Translations under genes and position numbers: made by a program
In this document: positions 1 through 8,330 of the stretch, piece by piece
Numbering within the stretch: the first letter of the stretch is position 1
Layout of the letters: each line of letters opens with the position of its first letter
Notes under the pieces: model-generated
What the model was told of the DNA's origin: nothing
Database searches by the model: none
What the model saw: only the letters and a program-made list of their open reading frames with translations
Virus record (IMG/VR): IMGVR_UViG_3300049201_000008
Span: 16,024 to 80,023 of that record
Direction: 5' to 3' (one strand)
Source of the DNA: a virus
Lineage: Duplodnaviria; Caudoviricetes
DNA: 64,000 nucleotides

Positions 1-1
1 T

Positions 2-262
2 ACTCCGCAGCCTTGCCCGCCGCCGCTTTAATGCCCGTGGCACAAGTCTCCAATGGTCCTCACAGAGCCATTCCATGCCGAGTCGAAGGAGATCACCCTT
101 GCGGTCACCCCGCGTGCGGCGGCACAGAGGGACGACACAAGCAATCCGTCGTTCTTCCTCGATCACCGTCGCAACGCCGCATCCATCGCATTGATAGGTG
201 TATAGCCATGGTGTGCGCCGGAAATGGCCGCGATGGCAAAGGCCGCAGATGTGATCGGTCAT
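2..262 (-). CDS. Cys/His-rich phage protein (partial, runs off left edge)
   Basis: Read manually: ATG at 262 overlaps the upstream TGA (ATGA). MTDHICGLCHRG...CDGC...CVVPLCRRT...WLCEDHWRLVP. Confidence 0.6.
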   Translation of the reverse strand, partial: MTDHICGLCHRGHFRRTPWLYTYQCDGCGVATVIEEERRIACVVPLCRRTRGDRKGDLLRLGMEWLCEDHWRLVPRALKRRRARLRS

Positions 263-525
263 TGCCGCAGTCCTGGTGCGTCCATAATGTTGGACTTCTC
301 ATCAACGACGAGCATGATACCGTCCTTCGTCATCGCCGATTTCACAACGCATTGACGAGCGTGATCCGCGTCGGTGATGAGGGCTGAGCCGCCCAGCCGC
401 ACCAACAAGCCGGCGATGACGCGCTGCATGAACTCTGGAAGCTGCATAAGTTCGTTTAGTTCGTTGCCAGTCGGCTCACGGCGCATGTTGCTTGCCACGG
501 CTCTACGATCCTTCCTGTTTGTCAT
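259..525 (-). CDS. hypothetical phage protein
   Basis: ORF 259..576; ATGA-coupled start at 525 (MTNRKDRR) preferred. Confidence 0.6.
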   Translation of the reverse strand: MTNRKDRRAVASNMRREPTGNELNELMQLPEFMQRVIAGLLVRLGGSALITDADHARQCVVKSAMTKDGIMLVVDEKSNIMDAPGLRQ

Positions 526-806
526 TGCCCTGTCCTTTCGATTGATACCTTCGCGAAACTCGCCTCTCCAGCCCATCCACTATCGCCGCCGCTGCTCTCG
601 TAGAGCGCATAGGCTTCGGGAAGGTATTGATCGGCCCATGAACGGCCATTGCCGAGCGAGGTGCCGAGAAAGGCGTTATCGTCCAACATCGCCAGAGTCT
701 CCGCTATCGGCAGCAGCTTGGCGCGCTCTGCATCGGTGAAGGATTCGACTGGTCGCCATCCTTCTGCGGGTTTGGGAATGCGGTAGCCGGGAGGGCGGCG
801 CGTCAT
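522..806 (-). CDS. hypothetical phage protein
   Basis: 94 aa ORF, translationally coupled to both neighbours. Confidence 0.65.
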   Translation of the reverse strand: MTRRPPGYRIPKPAEGWRPVESFTDAERAKLLPIAETLAMLDDNAFLGTSLGNGRSWADQYLPEAYALYESSGGDSGWAGEASFAKVSIERTGQ

Positions 807-1285
807 TGGCTGGACCTCTTCGTCTCAACCTGTCGGACAGCCCATAAACAAGTAGTATGGTCGCGACCGCCAAACATCCGCCCCAACTGCGGAAAACTGA
901 CATGTGGAAATTTCTGTTTGATTTCCCAGATCAGCAGTTGGCGAGCGGCGACTACGCTCCGGCCACGGTATGGCCCAACCATATCCTGATAGGTGAACCC
1001 GAGTTCCTTCGCCCGACGCTTCAAGTACCGCACTGGCGATGTTTGCTGTCGCTGCTCCGCATGCCACGCATCGATGTGGGCGGTGAATTCGATATCGCCA
1101 CGCTTCCATAGCGGCATTGGGGTGGGCTTGGGCCGTTCGATAATGCGAGCCACGACGATGACAGGCTCCGCAGGCGGTGGGGCGTCCGTTGCTGGCACCT
1201 TTACGCCCATTAGCCTTCTACGGCATTCTGCATGGGCTGCCCGCTGTGCTGCTTCGATAGGGCCGATGGGTTGGGGATGGATCAT
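803..1285 (-). CDS. DnaA C-terminal (domain IV)-like HTH protein
   Basis: C-term GRSVVAARQLLIWEIKQKFPHVSFPQLGRMFGGRDHTTCLWAV matches the DnaA domain IV pattern (RQ..M/IY.....SLP.IG..FGGRDHTTV). Confidence 0.8.
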   Translation of the reverse strand: MIHPQPIGPIEAAQRAAHAECRRRLMGVKVPATDAPPPAEPVIVVARIIERPKPTPMPLWKRGDIEFTAHIDAWHAEQRQQTSPVRYLKRRAKELGFTYQDMVGPYRGRSVVAARQLLIWEIKQKFPHVSFPQLGRMFGGRDHTTCLWAVRQVETKRSSQ

Positions 1286-2094
1286 TTGCGTCCGCCTTTC
1301 TTCCGCGCCGGAACTTCAAGGCCAGCCTCAATCATTGCGGTCCTCATCCGATCGGCCCCGTCTTCGATAACGGCCAAGATGTTTGCAGGCCCATGCCAGG
1401 ATTCCGCCAAGTTCAGGGAGTGGGCGACTTTGACGGCCTTGATGATCCGATCCGTCTCGTACGAATAGAGCCGATCGCCGAAGTTCTCCCTGATGGCGTC
1501 GATCAGCTTCGTTGCGCCGTCGCGGAATTCCCGCTTGTCGTTGATGCGGCGCTCGACTTCCTGCTCAATGCCCTTGTCCCAATCGGCTTTAGCTGCCCGC
1601 ACAGCGTTGCTGATGGCGGCGGCGTCCTGTTCACCGGCTCGACGCACCAACGCAGCCACAAAGCCAGCCGTGAGCGGTTCTGGCGTCAATAGCGCCGGGT
1701 TCTTCCTGCATCTGAGAGCGCCGTCCTTGAATTCGTACAAGCCCCAAGTCACCGGCAGTTCGTCGGCCTTCACCATTCCAGCCGGAGCCGCCAGTGACCA
1801 GCGGTGGCAATGCTTGTATATGGGCAGAGACTTCGCTGGATTCTTCATCTCATTGAGGAAATCGCCGCGCGAAACCTTCACCTCGAATCCATGGACTTCA
1901 TGCCCGGTGGATGGCCAGACGCCGATAGTCACGGCATCGGCATAGGTTTTGATTTTGAAACCGGTATCGTTCGAGACTTCGAAGAATGTCTGATAGGCCG
2001 GCGCGTCGAAGAGACGCTTGATGGCGCGTTTGATATCGGCGGATGTCACCTTCGCGGGAGGCGATTCTGAGATTTTGGCTTCGATGGTGTTCAT
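1282..2094 (-). CDS. MmcB-like / PD-(D/E)XK nuclease-family protein with coiled-coil C-terminus
   Basis: FEVS...YADAVTIGVWPS...GFEVKVSRGDFLNE motif; ATGA-coupled start at 2094. Confidence 0.65.
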   Translation of the reverse strand: MNTIEAKISESPPAKVTSADIKRAIKRLFDAPAYQTFFEVSNDTGFKIKTYADAVTIGVWPSTGHEVHGFEVKVSRGDFLNEMKNPAKSLPIYKHCHRWSLAAPAGMVKADELPVTWGLYEFKDGALRCRKNPALLTPEPLTAGFVAALVRRAGEQDAAAISNAVRAAKADWDKGIEQEVERRINDKREFRDGATKLIDAIRENFGDRLYSYETDRIIKAVKVAHSLNLAESWHGPANILAVIEDGADRMRTAMIEAGLEVPARKKGGRK

Positions 2095-2606
2095 GCTTCC
2101 GCCCTCGCTTCGGCTGCGTCGAAGTTTGGCCGCAGGCAGCAATCCAATTCCGCGCGCGTCGTGGCAAAATCCTTATGCAGGATCGCAACCCCGCCTTCCT
2201 TCTGCCAGCACGTCGTATTCCGTTCGAAATCATCAATCAGGACGTCGCCAGGTGCATGCATGAACAGCGGCTTGTTGTGTCCGCCCATGACAGGGAGAAC
2301 GATGCATTTGGTGGATAGATGCTCTCGCACCCATGCCCGTTTCTGACGCGCTGCATTGGCGTAATTCGTCCGTGGGCAGGCGGTGAGGATGATCGGATCA
2401 AGCCATGATATCCCGTCGAAGAACACCTTGGCCCCCTCGCATGGCGGCATGTCGCGGAAATAGGACGGATGGGAATTGATCTGCACCCACATGTCATCAT
2501 CGGCAAGGGACTTGTGATCAAGGCCGAAGACTGCCGGGAAATGAGCATCGAAGTCGGCCATGACGCCGTCCAAGTCCAGATAGAGTTTGGGGAAATTCGT
2601 TGTCAT
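2091..2606 (-). CDS. HAD-superfamily 5'(3')-deoxyribonucleotidase (NT5C-like)
   Basis: LYLDLDGVMADF (DxD motif), IILTA, K, LIDD motifs. Confidence 0.85.
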   Translation of the reverse strand: MTTNFPKLYLDLDGVMADFDAHFPAVFGLDHKSLADDDMWVQINSHPSYFRDMPPCEGAKVFFDGISWLDPIILTACPRTNYANAARQKRAWVREHLSTKCIVLPVMGGHNKPLFMHAPGDVLIDDFERNTTCWQKEGGVAILHKDFATTRAELDCCLRPNFDAAEARAEA

Positions 2607-2911
2607 GCACTTATCCTCGCTACTCGCTCAAACCTCTTCTTCGCCTGCACGATCAATCCCCGATCTGTCTTCGGCTTTACCTCCAGCCAGAACTGATCCG
2701 GCAGCGGATCGATATAGACTGCATCGGCACGCTCCATTGCCGCTACCAGAGCCTCCAGGGCTGCTACACGCGCATCCTTGGGGCTGGGATATGTGATGGG
2801 GCGTCCGCAGTGGTCGCAGAGCCTGTGGGGATGCTTCTCACCCGAGAGATGATACTCGGCACCCCATCCTTTCGACGTGGGGATGGCGCGGGCGATGGAT
2901 TCGGTGATCAT
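2603..2911 (-). CDS. hypothetical protein with CxxC motif
   Basis: 102 aa, coupled to neighbours; LCDHCG. Confidence 0.6.
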   Translation of the reverse strand: MITESIARAIPTSKGWGAEYHLSGEKHPHRLCDHCGRPITYPSPKDARVAALEALVAAMERADAVYIDPLPDQFWLEVKPKTDRGLIVQAKKRFERVARISA

Positions 2912-4443
2912 GCCGCGATGTCCTTCATGATTTCCTCAACCATCTCGATCCTGCGGCCTATCCACCTCATCACGTTGACAGCCATGGAATTACCAAGAGC
3001 CTTATACTGGGGGCCATCGGGAGCTTCTGGCTTGCCGCGCCAAGGGATGTTGCAAAAGCCGTCCCTGAAGCCCTGTAGGCGGTGGCATTCGGTGGGGGTT
3101 AGGCGGCGGACTGCCCAGGCGGACTGTACGGCTTGCACTTCTTGGCGAGCCTCTAGGGTGTAGGCGATGTCCTTCTGAACGCCGACGCCATCTGGGCCGC
3201 TGAGCGGATTTTCGCGTGTCGCACCTGCTTGGATCGCGATTGCGCCGACGCCAATTCCAGCCCGGCCACCATTCGGTGTGAGAACAGCGTTAGCCGTCCC
3301 GTCCTGCCGCCATTCGATGTCAGGTTGCCCGTCGCGGCCACGGATGGCGAGTGTCATGGGATGAACCGGTACTAGGGGCGTCCCGCGCCCGGTTCCGTCT
3401 TCGCTGGCGTCAAATCCTTCGCCACGCAGGCTATGGGCAACGAGCAGTCCTTCGCGGCTCTCGTGGTCGCCGTATGGATTGCTGGTGATGGATGGCGCTA
3501 CTCCATGAGCAACTAAACTATCGCAGGTATCCACATCGGTCCCATAAGGCCGATCGCCGCCGGTTTGATTGCCGCCCGCGCGCATCGTGGGTGCTGTATG
3601 TGCGACGAAGTTCTCCGTCTCCCAATCCAGCCGTTGGGCATAGCCCGCTGTGTCACAGCGGGCTGCATCATCGGCGATCAATCCTCCATCAAGATCGAAA
3701 TCGGTTCCGAGTCCGCCACCGCCTGTAGGGCGCGAGCTAATTGTGGGGGCAACGTTTTGCCACGCTTCTCGGCGCGGCGCAGTATCCCCGCGCATGCTTT
3801 CGCGCTCAAGTAATACCGCTGCGGCACGTCGCCAATCTCCAAGATATCCGACAACGAACACACGCCGTCGTCTCTGAGGGACAGCCCGCCCAAATCCGTC
3901 CACTCGGATATATTGAGCGTCAAGCACTCGCCATGTGAGGCCGTATGCGCGGTGGTAGCCTGGGACAACTCCCGCATTTCCCCAGCCGTTGATGGGGACT
4001 TCGATCCGTCTTCCGGAGAGCAGTCCCAGAAAGCTTGCAAAGTCTCGTCCACCATTGATCGAAAGGACGCCGGGGACGTTTTCCCACGCCACCCATCGGG
4101 GCCGATATCTCCGAGCAATTGCAGCATAGGTGAGCGTGAGGCTACCACGGATGCCATCCATTCCCGCCCTGAGGCCCGCGATCGAATAGTCCTGGCAGGG
4201 GGTGCCTCCGACAAGAAGGTCAATTGCATAGTCTGGCCACTCCTCGAATTTCGTCATGTCGCCAAGGTTCGGAACGCCGTTCGATGTCGGCGCTTCGCCC
4301 GGCATATTGCTGCCGTAGTGGTAAGCGAGGACGGCAGAGGGGAATTTCTCAATCTCGCTGAAGAATGCTGGCGTCCAGCCGAGCGGATGCCAAGCATGCG
4401 TTGCCGCCTCGATGCCGGAGCACACGGAACCGTACCGCATCAA
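2908..4443 (-). CDS. DNA (cytosine-5)-methyltransferase
   Basis: Motif I SVCSGIEA, IV GGTPCQDYS, VI ENVPG, VIII QRRRRVFVVG, IX RRLTPTECHRLQGF, X YKALGNSMAV. Confidence 0.95.
   Translation of the reverse strand: MMRYGSVCSGIEAATHAWHPLGWTPAFFSEIEKFPSAVLAYHYGSNMPGEAPTSNGVPNLGDMTKFEEWPDYAIDLLVGGTPCQDYSIAGLRAGMDGIRGSLTLTYAAIARRYRPRWVAWENVPGVLSINGGRDFASFLGLLSGRRIEVPINGWGNAGVVPGYHRAYGLTWRVLDAQYIRVDGFGRAVPQRRRRVFVVGYLGDWRRAAAVLLERESMRGDTAPRREAWQNVAPTISSRPTGGGGLGTDFDLDGGLIADDAARCDTAGYAQRLDWETENFVAHTAPTMRAGGNQTGGDRPYGTDVDTCDSLVAHGVAPSITSNPYGDHESREGLLVAHSLRGEGFDASEDGTGRGTPLVPVHPMTLAIRGRDGQPDIEWRQDGTANAVLTPNGGRAGIGVGAIAIQAGATRENPLSGPDGVGVQKDIAYTLEARQEVQAVQSAWAVRRLTPTECHRLQGFRDGFCNIPWRGKPEAPDGPQYKALGNSMAVNVMRWIGRRIEMVEEIMKDIAA
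3678..4229 (-). CDS. Alternate-frame ORF nested in the C5-MTase gene (candidate accessory/beta polypeptide)
   Basis: 183 aa in +1 frame; GAGGAG SD 10 nt upstream of ATG 4229; C-term SLSDILE.GDVPQRYYLSAKACAGILRRAEKRGK resembles the post-motif-VIII segment of C5 MTases. Confidence 0.65.
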   Translation of the reverse strand: MQLTFLSEAPPARTIRSRASGREWMASVVASRSPMLQLLGDIGPDGWRGKTSPASFRSMVDETLQAFWDCSPEDGSKSPSTAGEMRELSQATTAHTASHGECLTLNISEWTDLGGLSLRDDGVCSLSDILEIGDVPQRYYLSAKACAGILRRAEKRGKTLPPQLARALQAVADSEPISILMED

Positions 4444-4562
4444 AACAGCCCCCGCTCGTCAATCGCCACATAGAACCGCTCTGGACGATGGGCCAGTTGG
4501 TAAAAGCCTATCCATCCTGTGCTGATGTGGATGGCGCCGGTTTCGTAGCGGGAGGCGTTCAT
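4440..4562 (-). CDS. small hypothetical protein (40 aa)
   Basis: Read manually: MNASRYETGAIHISTGWIGFYQLAHRPERFYVAIDERGLF; ATGA/TGATG coupling at both ends fills the gap exactly. Confidence 0.55.
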   Translation of the reverse strand: MNASRYETGAIHISTGWIGFYQLAHRPERFYVAIDERGLF

Positions 4563-4939
4563 GTGGCCTTCCTCTCGCGCTCTAATCGCAGGCCGTGAGC
4601 CTTTATGCCGTGGATTATGGTGTGGTGATCGCGCCTGAACTTGCGGCTGATCTCCGACAACGAGATATCGTACCGTTCCTGCCTAATTTGATGCCAGATA
4701 TGATGGCGCGCACGGCATATCTCCGCCTTTCGGACGTCACCAAGCACCTGCTGCATCGTAATTCCTGGGTGCTCGCGTAGCACTTCGGCCGCGATCTCCG
4801 TCATAAGCCTGCGAACTGGAAAGGCGATTACGAAGTTTGCGTCCAAGCCTTCCGCTCTGAGAGTCCTTTGTGTGGACCTCAACTCAAACTCCGCGCTGAT
4901 CGAAAAGGTTGAAATATCAATCACGACGCCGGCCCCCAA
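4559..4939 (-). CDS. second DnaA C-terminal (domain IV)-like HTH protein
   Basis: RKAEICRARHHIWHQIRQERYDISLSEISRKFRRDHHTIIHGIK. Confidence 0.75.
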   Translation of the reverse strand: MGAGVVIDISTFSISAEFELRSTQRTLRAEGLDANFVIAFPVRRLMTEIAAEVLREHPGITMQQVLGDVRKAEICRARHHIWHQIRQERYDISLSEISRKFRRDHHTIIHGIKAHGLRLERERKAT

Positions 4940-5433
4940 ACTTCAAAAAGGCTCCAGAACCATGTCGACTTCGCCGGCAGCATGCGCCGCGTGGCCATGG
5001 AAACGAACGTCGGCTGATCGACATGTTCCGCGAGCATCCGAAACCCCTGCCCCGCCAATTCCCGTGTCCGCTCGCGATGAGCAATGCGCCAGTCAATCCA
5101 TGGCCGGCTCTCGGCGCGATAGGTGATTTCTTTTGGCCTGTTGACAGCGTCGAGACGGGATTGCTCGTCACGGACGTATGTTGCCAGCTCTGGAGACGTC
5201 GGGCAGAACCGGAGCGATGCGCCCTTGATCTTGCCTTCGCGAAGATAGTCGATCGTGTTCGATATCGCTTCCGGACTGTAGCTGCGGAGCGCGTAGCAAT
5301 AGGCATCGAGGATGGCCATCTGGCGTTCACGCGGATCGTGCTCTTCTTCGTTGCCCTTTGGGGCATTGAGTGGCAGCGCAACCCACAGAGCCTTTAGGCT
5401 ATCGATCACAGGGGGGCGAAAATGGGCTGACAT
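4921..5433 (-). CDS. putative replication accessory protein (helicase loader/inhibitor-like)
   Basis: Follows the initiator-like gene; AYCYALRSY...FCPTSPELA pattern typical of this slot. Confidence 0.4.
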   Translation of the reverse strand: MSAHFRPPVIDSLKALWVALPLNAPKGNEEEHDPRERQMAILDAYCYALRSYSPEAISNTIDYLREGKIKGASLRFCPTSPELATYVRDEQSRLDAVNRPKEITYRAESRPWIDWRIAHRERTRELAGQGFRMLAEHVDQPTFVSMATRRMLPAKSTWFWSLFEVWGPAS

Positions 5434-5447
5434 CTATCTGCCTCCCG

Positions 5448-5795
5448 TCAATGCGAAATGCGTTCGCGGTAGCGGCCCATGACTTCGCCTGCGAAATCGG
5501 CCATATCGTTCGAGCGCTTCGGCTGGTTGCGGGCGTCCTTGCGGATTTCGTTCTCATACCAGCTAGCGAAAAAACCTCGCCATGAGTGAGCTATCTGCAT
5601 CTCCGCCGCCGCGCGCGCGTTGCCTGTCTTGAGATATTCCTTGACGAGCAGCTTGGCCGCATATTCGGTGATCGGCTCTTTCTTCACGTCATCACGAAGC
5701 TCAATTACGGCTGCCGCCAGTTCCTCGCCAAGAACGGGAATAAGGATAGGAAGGACTTTGGCCGCGTCCGTCCGTTTCGTTGAAGCTCTTGCCAT
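5448..5795 (-). CDS. protein resembling the C-terminal domain of phage replication initiators
   Basis: KKEPITEYAAKLL...AAEMQIAHSWRGFFASWY pattern; no N-terminal HTH. Confidence 0.45.
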   Translation of the reverse strand: MARASTKRTDAAKVLPILIPVLGEELAAAVIELRDDVKKEPITEYAAKLLVKEYLKTGNARAAAEMQIAHSWRGFFASWYENEIRKDARNQPKRSNDMADFAGEVMGRYRERISH

Positions 5796-5946
5796 TTTGC
5801 TTCCTTTCGTCTTGGGGGATTTCGTCGTGTCTGTTTTCGATAAGCGCCGCTATGAGCGCGTCTGCGTCGGCTTCGTTGTCGGGAAGCCGGACGATCGGCG
5901 CGTGCTTGACATGGGGCGAGCGCTGGGCGGATGATTTGGGCATCAA
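5701..5946 (-). CDS. hypothetical protein
   Basis: 81 aa, TGATG-coupled to the DUF1064 gene; overlaps the next gene. Confidence 0.35.
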   Translation of the reverse strand: MMPKSSAQRSPHVKHAPIVRLPDNEADADALIAALIENRHDEIPQDERKQNGKSFNETDGRGQSPSYPYSRSWRGTGGSRN

Positions 5947-6323
5947 ACCTCCACGATCTTGATGGCGGGGAAGAGCGCTTCAACGAGCGCCTTCTTCAGC
6001 TTATATTCTTTGGTGCGGAAGCCTTTGGCGTCTTCGATGACGCGCTTTTCGCCGTCGAAATAGGCGAAGTCGGCCTTGTAATAGGCTTGCCGGCCGCTGT
6101 CGTATTTCACGGGATTGCCACGAACCTCGAAATTGAACCGCGGCTGCCTTTCGAGGTGCGATATCTTGCCAGCACGCTCCAATGCGCGAAGTTCACACCA
6201 GCGATCGGCTTCCTTTTTCGAATCGAAAACCTGGCCGTCGACAACGGTTCGCTTCGCGCCGAACTTATTCTTCGGCTTCGCTTCCGCCAGAGCGGCGCGG
6301 TATTGTTCGGCTGCCTTGCTCAT
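5943..6323 (-). CDS. DUF1064-family endonuclease (PD-(D/E)XK)
   Basis: NKFGAKRTVVDGQVFDSKKEA...LERQP...YKADFAY...VIEDAKG. Confidence 0.85.
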   Translation of the reverse strand: MSKAAEQYRAALAEAKPKNKFGAKRTVVDGQVFDSKKEADRWCELRALERAGKISHLERQPRFNFEVRGNPVKYDSGRQAYYKADFAYFDGEKRVIEDAKGFRTKEYKLKKALVEALFPAIKIVEV

Positions 6324-7609
6324 GCTGCGCTCCCAGCAAAAAGTGGCCCGTGATCAGCGACGACTTGCTTGCGCGGGATTCTCCACTCGGTTTCGATCCG
6401 TCGCCGCGCGATCTCGACATAGTCAGGGTTCAGTTCGATAAGTTCGGCCTGGCGTCCATGCCTCAGAGCCACGAGGGCCGTTGTTCCGGCGCCGCCGAAT
6501 GGATCAAGGACAACGCCGCCTTTAGGGCAGCCAGCCAGAATGCAACGTTCCGCTAGTTGAGGAGGAAATGTAGCGAAGTGCGCGTCTGAAAAAGCCTGTG
6601 TCGCCATCTCCCACACAGTCAAAGGAGCGGGTTCATAATTGCGCAGATAGCGGCCGTTAGAGCACTGCTCTTCCTTTTCCATCAGATCCCAGCGATCGTT
6701 AAAGCCAGCGTGTCGGCGGCTGTGGCCTCGCTGCTTGTCGATCGTCTTGCCAGCCTCGCGGCCATTCCTGTGATGCGAACCGTGTCCACCGGCCCCTGTG
6801 TCCCAGCCATCAGGCATTTTGATGCGCTTGTTGCCGGTGACAGCACGCCTTCTAGGCTCGCCACCGACATAGGAGCCACCGCGATACGTCATCGCGTCTT
6901 CGTCGGAAGTTCTGCCCTGCCTGACAATTTCAGCGTCAAAGTAGGCGCCCATTCGAATCCAGCGGTGACCTTCACGTGATGGATCGGTAATGAGTGCGCA
7001 GCGCTCCGAAAGATCTGGATTAAAGGAAATTTCGCCCGAGTCGCGAGCGCGCCAAACATCAGCATCGTCGCTCTTGGTGAGCATGAAGATTTTCTCATGC
7101 GAGGTGGATGGGCGATAAGCGCCGGAGCTGTCTGGCATGGGGTTCGTCTTGCCCCAGATAATCTCGGATCGAACCCACCAGCCTGCGTCCTGCAAGGCAA
7201 TGGCGAGCCGGTTAGGGATCATGCACAAGTCCTTTGCTTTGAGCGTCCCGCCGATGGTAGAGAATGGCTTATCCCGGAAGGTTCGATCGTCCAGCCCTTC
7301 GGCCTTGTATTCTGCGGCTGACTTGTGGTTCGGCGTCGTCGCGTAGCAATCGCCATAGTTTATCCAGCAAGTGCCTGTCGGTTTGAGGATGCGGCGGACT
7401 TCCTCGAAAACCTGCACCATAACCGCAAGGTGTTCGGCTAATGTTGGCTCAAGCCCCATCTGGCCAGCAACACCATAATCTCGCAGCCTCCAATATGGCG
7501 GGCTACAGACTGCGCAGTCCACGGAATCGGACGGCATGCTACGCATCACCTCAAGGCAATCGCCAATGTGGATCACGCATCTTCCGTCCAAGATTGAAAC
7601 TGCCGCCAT
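6320..7609 (-). CDS. DNA N4-cytosine/N6-adenine methyltransferase (beta class)
   Basis: GDCLEVM, catalytic SPPYW, HFATFP, VLDPFGGAGTT, IELNPDY; long insertion in the TRD region. Confidence 0.92.
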   Translation of the reverse strand: MAAVSILDGRCVIHIGDCLEVMRSMPSDSVDCAVCSPPYWRLRDYGVAGQMGLEPTLAEHLAVMVQVFEEVRRILKPTGTCWINYGDCYATTPNHKSAAEYKAEGLDDRTFRDKPFSTIGGTLKAKDLCMIPNRLAIALQDAGWWVRSEIIWGKTNPMPDSSGAYRPSTSHEKIFMLTKSDDADVWRARDSGEISFNPDLSERCALITDPSREGHRWIRMGAYFDAEIVRQGRTSDEDAMTYRGGSYVGGEPRRRAVTGNKRIKMPDGWDTGAGGHGSHHRNGREAGKTIDKQRGHSRRHAGFNDRWDLMEKEEQCSNGRYLRNYEPAPLTVWEMATQAFSDAHFATFPPQLAERCILAGCPKGGVVLDPFGGAGTTALVALRHGRQAELIELNPDYVEIARRRIETEWRIPRKQVVADHGPLFAGSAA

Positions 7610-7630
7610 TCGCTATCCGCCTGTTTCGGG

Positions 7631-7660
7631 AGAAAGAACCTCCGACATTCGCGTCGGAGG
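7631..7660 (-). terminator. putative intrinsic terminator
   Basis: Minus strand CCTCCGAC-GCGAAT-GTCGGAGG followed by TTCTTTCT. Confidence 0.5.
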
Positions 7661-7700
7661 GAGGTGGGGCCGCTGGGAGGGGTGCGCGGCCGGGTGACTG

Positions 7701-8330
7701 TTACTTCCCGCCAGCCGCGCGCTGGCGCAGATCGTCGCTGAACTGCTCCACCTTGCCCGTGGATGCATAGTTGGCCGTCCGCATGGAAAGCCCCTTCATA
7801 GCGGCGTCATAGTTCCCGGCGGCCATATTGAGCGTCTGGCCGGCGGCATTGCCGAGAGACGCGCCCTGTCCGAATGCATCGAAGTCAGCACCGAGGAAGA
7901 CGACATCAAAGCCCTTGGCTCGCATCTCGTCCAGCATGGCCTTGGCGGCTTCCTTCTTGATTTCGCGGCTGTCGTTCTCCTGGCCGTCCGTGATGATGAC
8001 GATCGCGGCCTTGGAAGGGTTGGCTGTGCGGATGGTATCCACAAGCCTGCCGATGGCGTCATAGAGCGGCGTGGATGCCCGTGGAGCGATTTCGCTGGCG
8101 GCGATGGCCTTCCACTCGTCCGCGCGCATTGAAGAGCGCATGACGGTAAATGGATCGGCGCTGTCGAATGCCGCGACGGTAACGAGCGCCTTCTTTGTCG
8201 CCTTCTCGCCCGCCAGTCCTTCGACATAGGCATTGAGCGAGCCGATGGTTTCCGCCCAATGGGTTGCCATCGATCCCGATCTGTCGAGTAGGATGTAGGC
8301 GTTAATGTCTGCTGCTGCTTTCTCTGTCAT
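7701..8330 (-). CDS. von Willebrand factor A (vWA) domain protein
   Basis: MIDAS motif LLDRSGSM, TPLYDAIG, IITDGQEN, VVFLGA. Confidence 0.9.
   Translation of the reverse strand: MTEKAAADINAYILLDRSGSMATHWAETIGSLNAYVEGLAGEKATKKALVTVAAFDSADPFTVMRSSMRADEWKAIAASEIAPRASTPLYDAIGRLVDTIRTANPSKAAIVIITDGQENDSREIKKEAAKAMLDEMRAKGFDVVFLGADFDAFGQGASLGNAAGQTLNMAAGNYDAAMKGLSMRTANYASTGKVEQFSDDLRQRAAGGK

Noticed and set aside
803-1285. dnaA gene symbol
   Set aside because: Only a domain IV-like HTH is present, with no AAA+ domain.
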